A DNA stretch of 64,000 nucleotides, taken from contig NW_027191463.1 in the NCBI RefSeq assembly GCF_011745625.1, forward strand, positions 1 through 64,000, given 5' to 3'. The stretch's first letter is position 1. Every line of letters starts with the position of its first letter. The stretch comes from Cladosporium halotolerans (taxonomy: Eukaryota). Both the position numbers and the translations under genes were made by a program. The notes beneath the pieces are model-generated. The model saw only the letters and a list, made by a program, of their open reading frames with translations, was not told where the DNA came from and did no database searches. This document shows, piece after piece, positions 57,677 to 64,000 of the stretch.

Positions 57677-59529
57677 CTAGAGCGTGAGGTTGAGGTCTTT
57701 CTGCCAAGTCAGCGGCAGCGACTGCACGGCGAGGACGGTGGAGTCCGGGCCGGAACCGGAGGGGCCCACGGGGCCGCCGGCGGAGGGGAAGGAGACGCAG
57801 GCGGCGCGCAGGGCGGCGAGCGCCGCGGCGCCGTAGAAGGCGATGAAGCGGGGCACGGAGTGCTTGAGCATGTTGCTGAGCACAATGTAGTGCGTGGGGG
57901 ATTGCTCCGCGTTGGGCGTGCTGACGATGCGCGCCAGAGAGGTCCAGAAGAGGTGGATGGGGGCCGGGGAGGAGTTCTTGGACTTGGTGAAGTCGCGGAG
58001 CGTGAGAGCTGCGAAGCCGGCTGCGAAGCCTGTCATACGGTCGTAGTGCTCTTGCGGGGACACTTCGGCGCCGTCGTCGACGTGCCATCCCAGGCGCGCG
58101 CGGCCGGCGGGGCTTTTGGGCGAGCCGTAGATGCCGAAAAGGACGGGGCAGACTTTGTGGTATTTGGCCCAGAGGACGTCGATCAGCGAGTGGCCGTTGA
58201 AGAGGAATTCGGGGGCGGCGAAAATGGTGACGGCGAGGATGCCGAGAGGGTCGGCGGCGAGGGTGTCGCGGGCGACTTCTTGTGCGAGCTGGGACACGAG
58301 GGCCTTTGCGAAGTGGTTCAGAAGGAAGAGAAGTGCTGCAGGGTACTGGGTGTTGGCGGAGCCTTGCTGAAGCTTGTCGGAGGGTACGCTGACGATGTAG
58401 GGCGTTACGTCTACCATGACCTGCTGCATTTGTGCTGCCTGGGTCAGGATCTGTTTGATTTTCATGGTCTAGGAAGATAGTGGTCAGTGGATTTGCATTT
58501 TTATCAATATTGTGGGGGGAAACTCACGCTTTGGCGATTGGCGGCTTTGTCGACCTTGTTCATCTGACCCATGACCTTCTTGAGCTCTCGTCTCATATCG
58601 CCTAGCTGATTCTTCAGGCCCAACTGCTTCGCTTGCTCAAGAGTATCATTCCGCATAACCTTGAGTTGCTTGTGCATGTCCAGATACCGCTTGTGCTCGG
58701 CTTCACGCTCTTGCATCGGGGTCAGGACGCCTTTTGGCACCAACACGCCATTACTTGTTGTAGCGGACACGGTCACAGTCGAGGCCTTAGCGGCTGCTTG
58801 AGCTTGGGAGGCCTGTATGCCATTCGTCTGAGGTTGAGGCGCTGATTGTTGTGGTTGCGCTGCTTGTGCAGCAGGTGGTGCAGCTCGTTTTGCAGCTTCG
58901 GCTGCTCGTTCCTTTGCATCTGCCTCTTCCTTAGCTTTCTTTTCCCTTTGCTCCCTCGCCTGCTTTTCAGCATCTTCCCTGGCCCTGTCCGCTTCCCTCT
59001 TTGCTTTGTCCTCCGCCTCCTGCTTCTTCTGAGCTTCGATCCTCCGCTCTGCCTCCTCCAGTTCTCTCGCCTTCGCCGCTGCTTGCTGCAATGCCTCCTC
59101 CCTCTGCCTCACAGCCTCAATCTCCCGTTGCCTCGCCGCAGCCTCAGCCTCTGCAACCTCGCGCCTGCTACTTTCCAATGCGCGCTGCTCCTTCTCCACT
59201 TGTATCTGCTTCAGCCGCTGCATCTGGAGCTCGAGCTGCTCTCGCGCGCGCTCCGCGCTGCGACGAATCTCCTCATGCTCCTGCTTCGACTTTTCTATAG
59301 CCTGCCGGTGCAGTCGCTCTTGCTCGTCGCTCTGCTCGTCGAGCCTCTTCCGGAACGCTTTGTCCTCGTCGATGTACACTTTGCTAAAGTCCTCGATCAG
59401 GCGGGTCGGGCTGTCGGAGCTGTTGCGGAAGGGCGAGTGGAAGCCGTTCGCGTGCGCGCGGCGGAAGCCATTTGGTGTATGTCGCGAAGGACTCGAGCGG
59501 GAGTTTGTTCGTCGGAGTGGTGAGCTCAT
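57677..59529 (-). CDS. GLE1: mRNA export factor Gle1
   Basis: Exons 59529-58528 (coiled coil) and 58468-57677. FLLNHFAKALVSQ, LWAKYHKVCPVLFG, YDRMTGFAAGFAAL. Confidence 0.88.
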
Positions 59530-61493
59530 TGTTGTGGTTGAATAGCTGATGCCAATAGCGAGGGTTGGCGTGCAAGCAATAACACAGGAGTGAGCGCAGC
59601 GGTTTTATTGGTTTGGTGGAGCAAGCGTAGAAGCTGAGATCATTGAGGGAGCGAAAGTGCCGCGACAGTGCAGCTCATGCTGAAGCGTGGATTTTCAAGT
59701 GAAGAGCTCACCAAAAGTCCTGCGTCCTCTCGAAGCGCTGCGGTAACAAGCGCGGCGTGTCGTGAAAGGCGCGTTTGCGGTTGCGGGAAGACCCCGGCGG
59801 CGGCTGCGGCCCGCTCGGATCGTAAGCCCTCAGGCCGCCACGCCCGTCGGGGGAGCTGAAGGCAGCCCTAAGCAAGAAGAGCCGAAGAGACGAAATCTTG
59901 GAAGACGTCGACAAGGCTGGCGTTTCGATTGCCGTGCTTTGGTATTTCATGCGATCATATGGCTTGAGCGACACGGTAGAATTTCATGCGTAAATGTCTG
60001 TCAAAAGCGCATCTTCCATTTCGCTTACTCTCCCCCTCAGCAATACATCCTGTCTGGTGAATGCATGCAACCCCGTGGTTGTTTCTCCACATTTTCGAGA
60101 GTCAAACCATAGCATACAGGACAGCAGCCAAAGAACCGCTGGCCTGTTCGCACCTCGCTTCAGGGGATCGGCTGAAGCAAATGAGCGCATCATTTTGAGT
60201 GCGGCTATGGATAGCTCTCAGCTTGGGGCATGCAACGCTCACGGCGCAACGACTATGCTGTCATGGCACCAGCGGTGTTCGGCAAGCGTGGCCTGTTTCA
60301 AGATGAACCAGCGGCTGCGGCAGATAAAGGAGGCGACGGCAGGACAAGGCGCGACGTTGCAGCTGAAGAATGCGGCGGACCGGGCTAATAAGCTGACGAC
60401 GTGCTTGCAAGCCATGCAGATGCAGCCATCCGAGCAGTGCCCGTGGGGGTACGTACGGTACAATAATGATTTACCTAGCCGTGGACTGCAGCGCGCCGTG
60501 CAGGGAGCGCGCGGGCACATGCTGGGAGCTGGCCTCGGCCGGCGTGACCATGCAGTGTATCGCCGTGGCCTCCGGCGGCCAGGCTGGACCGGAAGCATGT
60601 GTGCAGACTGCCAGCTGTCACATCCATATACAGGCCGTCCTCGCTCAGACGGTCGTGAGTCGCATACATAGGGCAGCTGGCGATCGGCCTGCCGTCCCCG
60701 ACTCGACGCGTACCCAGCTCTTGTCTCGCTGCTGGCGGGCGGCATCGGGCGACGTCATGGCCATCGCGATCCGGCGCGCGCACGAGCTTTGGCTGTCTGA
60801 CCTCCCACGCAGCCTGAAGCGAGCGCCTATAGCGTGCGGCTCCTACCGCGCTCTCTCCACACACTCGCATCACCGTCGTGACCATCGCTCGGCCGTCCAC
60901 CGCAGCCCGCTGCTGCTCCCTTCCTGCACCTCGCAAACCCATCCCCCATCCCCCCATCCCTCCTTCTCCGCTCCCACGCCCTTCACTTCCTCCGCCGCGC
61001 CTGCCGCCGTCGCCTCCGTCCCCGCCCGCGTCCGTTCGCACCGCTCTCTCCGTCGCTCTTGCTTGTTGGCGTCGCTGTTGAGGCCCCGCCTCGTCCAGGG
61101 AGCTCCCTTCCACCCCCAGCGTCGCCCCGACTGCCTTGGCCAGCTCGCCGGCCAGCAACACTCCCTCCGCCTCACGCACCACAACCAACCGCAGACTCCT
61201 CGCACGCTCACGCCCACTCACCAAGCATACTTGGATCGCACCCTCACGCTCGCACTCTTGTTCCAGCAGCCTCAGGCCAAGTTCCCGTCGGTTCCCGCAG
61301 TCAGGCCAGAAAAGCAATTCCCACGCCGCTCCATACCGCACACGTCACCCCACTCTCACGAGCCCGGCCTTGACGCCCCTTGTGCTCGACGTCGGATCCA
61401 CAGACTTCAAGTCTCCACAAAAGCACTCTACATACTACGTCCGCGCAAATCGCTTGACAGCCCCGCGGCGTAACATCTTCGCAGATATATACA

Positions 61494-64000
61494 ATGGACC
61501 AGCCCAACCAGACCGGTCCCCAGGGCCCAGCTGGGCGTCGGCTGCACATTGCCCACCGTCGCAGCCCGTCTGAGATGACACCCCTGATGAGTACGTTGTC
61601 CTGTATCAGCTTCGCTCGAGGTCGCACCCGTCGATCGTCCACATGAGATATCACAAGGCACTTGAATGCTGACTTCCCTCCTAGTGGAGCAACTTGCTCT
61701 CGCCCAGCAGATTGAAATGCTGCAGCAGCAACAGCAGCAGATCGCCGCTACCCACCAGCAGTATGTCAACATGGGCATGATCCCGCAGCAGCAACAGCTC
61801 CCTACTCAGTACGAGCAGCTGCAAGGCCAGATGCAGAACCTCCAGGTCAACTCAAATCCCAATGCCTTCCAGTTTCAGCAGGGCCAAATGGGTCAAATGG
61901 GCCAGCAGCAGCTCGGTGTCCCAATGGCTGGTGGCATGGGCGCTCCTGGCGGTCACCGCCGCAACCAATCGGCCATGCCCAACATGGGTATGGGCCCTCC
62001 TCCAGCACCTTCCAGCGGAGCGTCTGGATTCGGTGGAGCGACAGACTTCAGCTTCCCCGCCGGCCAGAACCGAGGCGAGAACACCGCCCCTCGTGGCGGC
62101 AGAGGAGGTGGATCTGCAGGCAGCGGACACGCTCGGAGACACTCACTTGCGCTTCCCGAAGCGAAGAAGGCTGCCGAGGCGGCTGAGGCGAAGAGGAAGA
62201 CTAGTGGTTTCCAATTCCCTATCCCGAACGCCAGCGGCGCTTCTCCCAACCGCTCCGAGAGCCCTGCCAACCCGGCCGATGCGCAGCAGACGCCCCCAAG
62301 CGCCTCTAGAGGCGGCATGGGCGGCCGTGGCCATGGCCGCAGCCAGAGCATGGCTGTCGGTGGCAGAGGTATGGGCAGCATGTCCAACACCGGCCGCGGT
62401 GGCCCCTCCGGCTTTCAGTTCCCTCCTCCGCAGGCTACCAACGACGCTGGGGCCAACTCCCAGAACGACATCCTGCGTCGTGGAAGTGGCCACGGCAGGC
62501 AAAGCTCTCGCAATTTCGACTCCAACTGGCGCCAGCCTCAGCCTCAGGCCCCTACCAACGAGCAGCAGGGTCAAAACATGGGCAACTTCAACATGAACCA
62601 GCACACGACCGCCCAGCCGTTCCAGCCCGGCCATCGCCAGCGTGGCTCCATGCAGGCGCAGTCCGTCAGCTCTCTGGGCAACTTCCAGTACCAGCCGCAG
62701 CCTCCGCTCATGCAGTTACCTCAGGGCCAGGTCCTCCTTCAGCAGCCTAATGTGTTTGCCGGTCAGCAGCTCAACGCTCTTCAGATGGCTCAGATCCAGG
62801 CCTACCAGCAGGCCGGCATCCAGCCGAACTTGGCTACGATCACTGGCAGCCAGCACAACGCCCCGCAGATGGGCCCTGGCATGGGCCAGCAGCAACAGCA
62901 GCGCAAGACACTCTTCACTCCTTACCTGCCGCAGGCAACGCTGCCCGCGCTCCTCGCCAACGGTCAGCTCGTCGCGGGTACTCTCCGTGTCAACAAGAAG
63001 AACCGCAGCGACGCCTACGTCACGACGGCTGACCTCGATGCGGACATCTTCATTTGCGGTAGCAAGGACCGCAACCGTGCTCTTGAGGGCGATCTCGTTG
63101 CTATTGAGCTTCTTGATGTCGATGAGGTCTGGGGCCAGAAGCGCGAGAAGGAAGAGAAGAAAAAGCGCAAGGATGTCTCTGATAGGAGCGGAAGCATCCA
63201 CGCTGTCAACGACGCTACCACCCAGCCCGAAAGCTCTTCCGCCGCTCAGGAGGGCGGCATTCGCCGCCGCGGCAGTCTGAAGCAGCGCCCGACCCAGAAG
63301 AAGAACGACGACGTCGAGGTCGAGGGTCAGAGCCTGCTCCTCATGGAGGAGGATGAGATCAACGATGATCAGAAGCCGCTCTACGCTGGTCATGTCGTTG
63401 CTGTCATCGAGCGTGTAGCTGGCCAGATGTTCTCCGGCTCACTCGGTCTGCTTCGCCCCAGCAGCCAGGCCACCAAGGAGAAGCAAGAGGCCGAGCGCCA
63501 GGCTCGCGAAGGTGGCAACGCCCGTCAGCAGGAGCGTCAGCAAGAGAGGCCCAAGATTGTCTGGTTCAAGCCAACCGACAAGCGTGTGCCTTTGATCGCC
63601 ATTCCGACCGAGCAGGCCCCCAAGGACTTCGTGGAGAAGCACCAGGAATACAGCAACAAGATCTTCGTCGCTTGCATCAAGCGCTGGCCCATCACTTCCC
63701 TCCATCCTTTCGGTACCTTGGTTGAGCAGCTTGGCGAGGCCGGTGAACTTAAGGTGGAGACCGATGCCTTGCTTCGCGACAACAACTTCGGCCCCGACGA
63801 GTTCTCCGATGCCGTCGTCAAGAACGTTGGCCACGATGAGTGGTCCGTTGCCAATGACGGTGAGGAGGCTCTTGCCAACCGTCGCGACTTCCGCGATGAG
63901 AACACCTTCACCATTGACCCCAACGGCAGCAAGGAGCTTGACGACGCTCTCCACCTGAAGGATCTTGGTGATGGCATCTACGAAATTGGTGTCCACGTTG
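61494..64000 (+). CDS. SSD1: Ssd1/Gul-1 RNase II-family RNA-binding protein, 5' part; continues beyond the window
   Basis: Exon 61494-61590, intron 61591-61684, then open to the window end, so it is missing from the ORF track. RRLHIAHRRSPSE, several HxRxxS-type Cbk1 sites, RKTLFTPYLPQ, GSKDRNRALEGD, WFKPTDKRVPLIAIP, RNB start RRDFR..FTIDP. Confidence 0.95.

Overview
Eukaryotic DNA from a filamentous ascomycete. Short GT-AG introns with CTRAC branch points and Pezizomycotina-type genes point to this; a Dothideomycete is my inference. The window holds about 27 protein-coding genes, one tRNA-Arg(UCU) and 1-2 pseudogenes. The left end (1-~3.6 kb) looks accessory or mobile: the 5' part of a DUF3505-type gene absent from the ORF track, outward-facing telomeric repeats around a T30 tract, and a possible Zn2Cys6 relic. 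A metabolic block follows: AIF/FSP1-like oxidoreductase, CYP65-like P450, M14 carboxypeptidase, CalB-like lipase, an hmgA-fahA-CYP504 aromatic-catabolism cluster and a decayed beta-carbonic anhydrase. The rest is mostly core genes: VPS25, VPS26, homocysteine methyltransferase, NPL6/RSC7, a Zn-cluster factor, VPS37, DPB4, prefoldin 5, cpcA/GCN4, OPI3, DUF1763, DUF2293, SAS10, an amino-acid permease, GLE1, and SSD1 (running off the right end). The main unexplained signals are: (1) a ~345-nt densely base-paired segment at 46717-47061 that looks like an unassigned structured RNA; (2) the DUF3505/telomere-repeat region; (3) long in-frame continuations behind the UAG stops of VPS26, GLE1 and cpcA uORF1; (4) an identical 10-mer, CCGCGGATGA, upstream of three oxygenase loci. 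All family calls come from motif recognition by eye; no searches were run.
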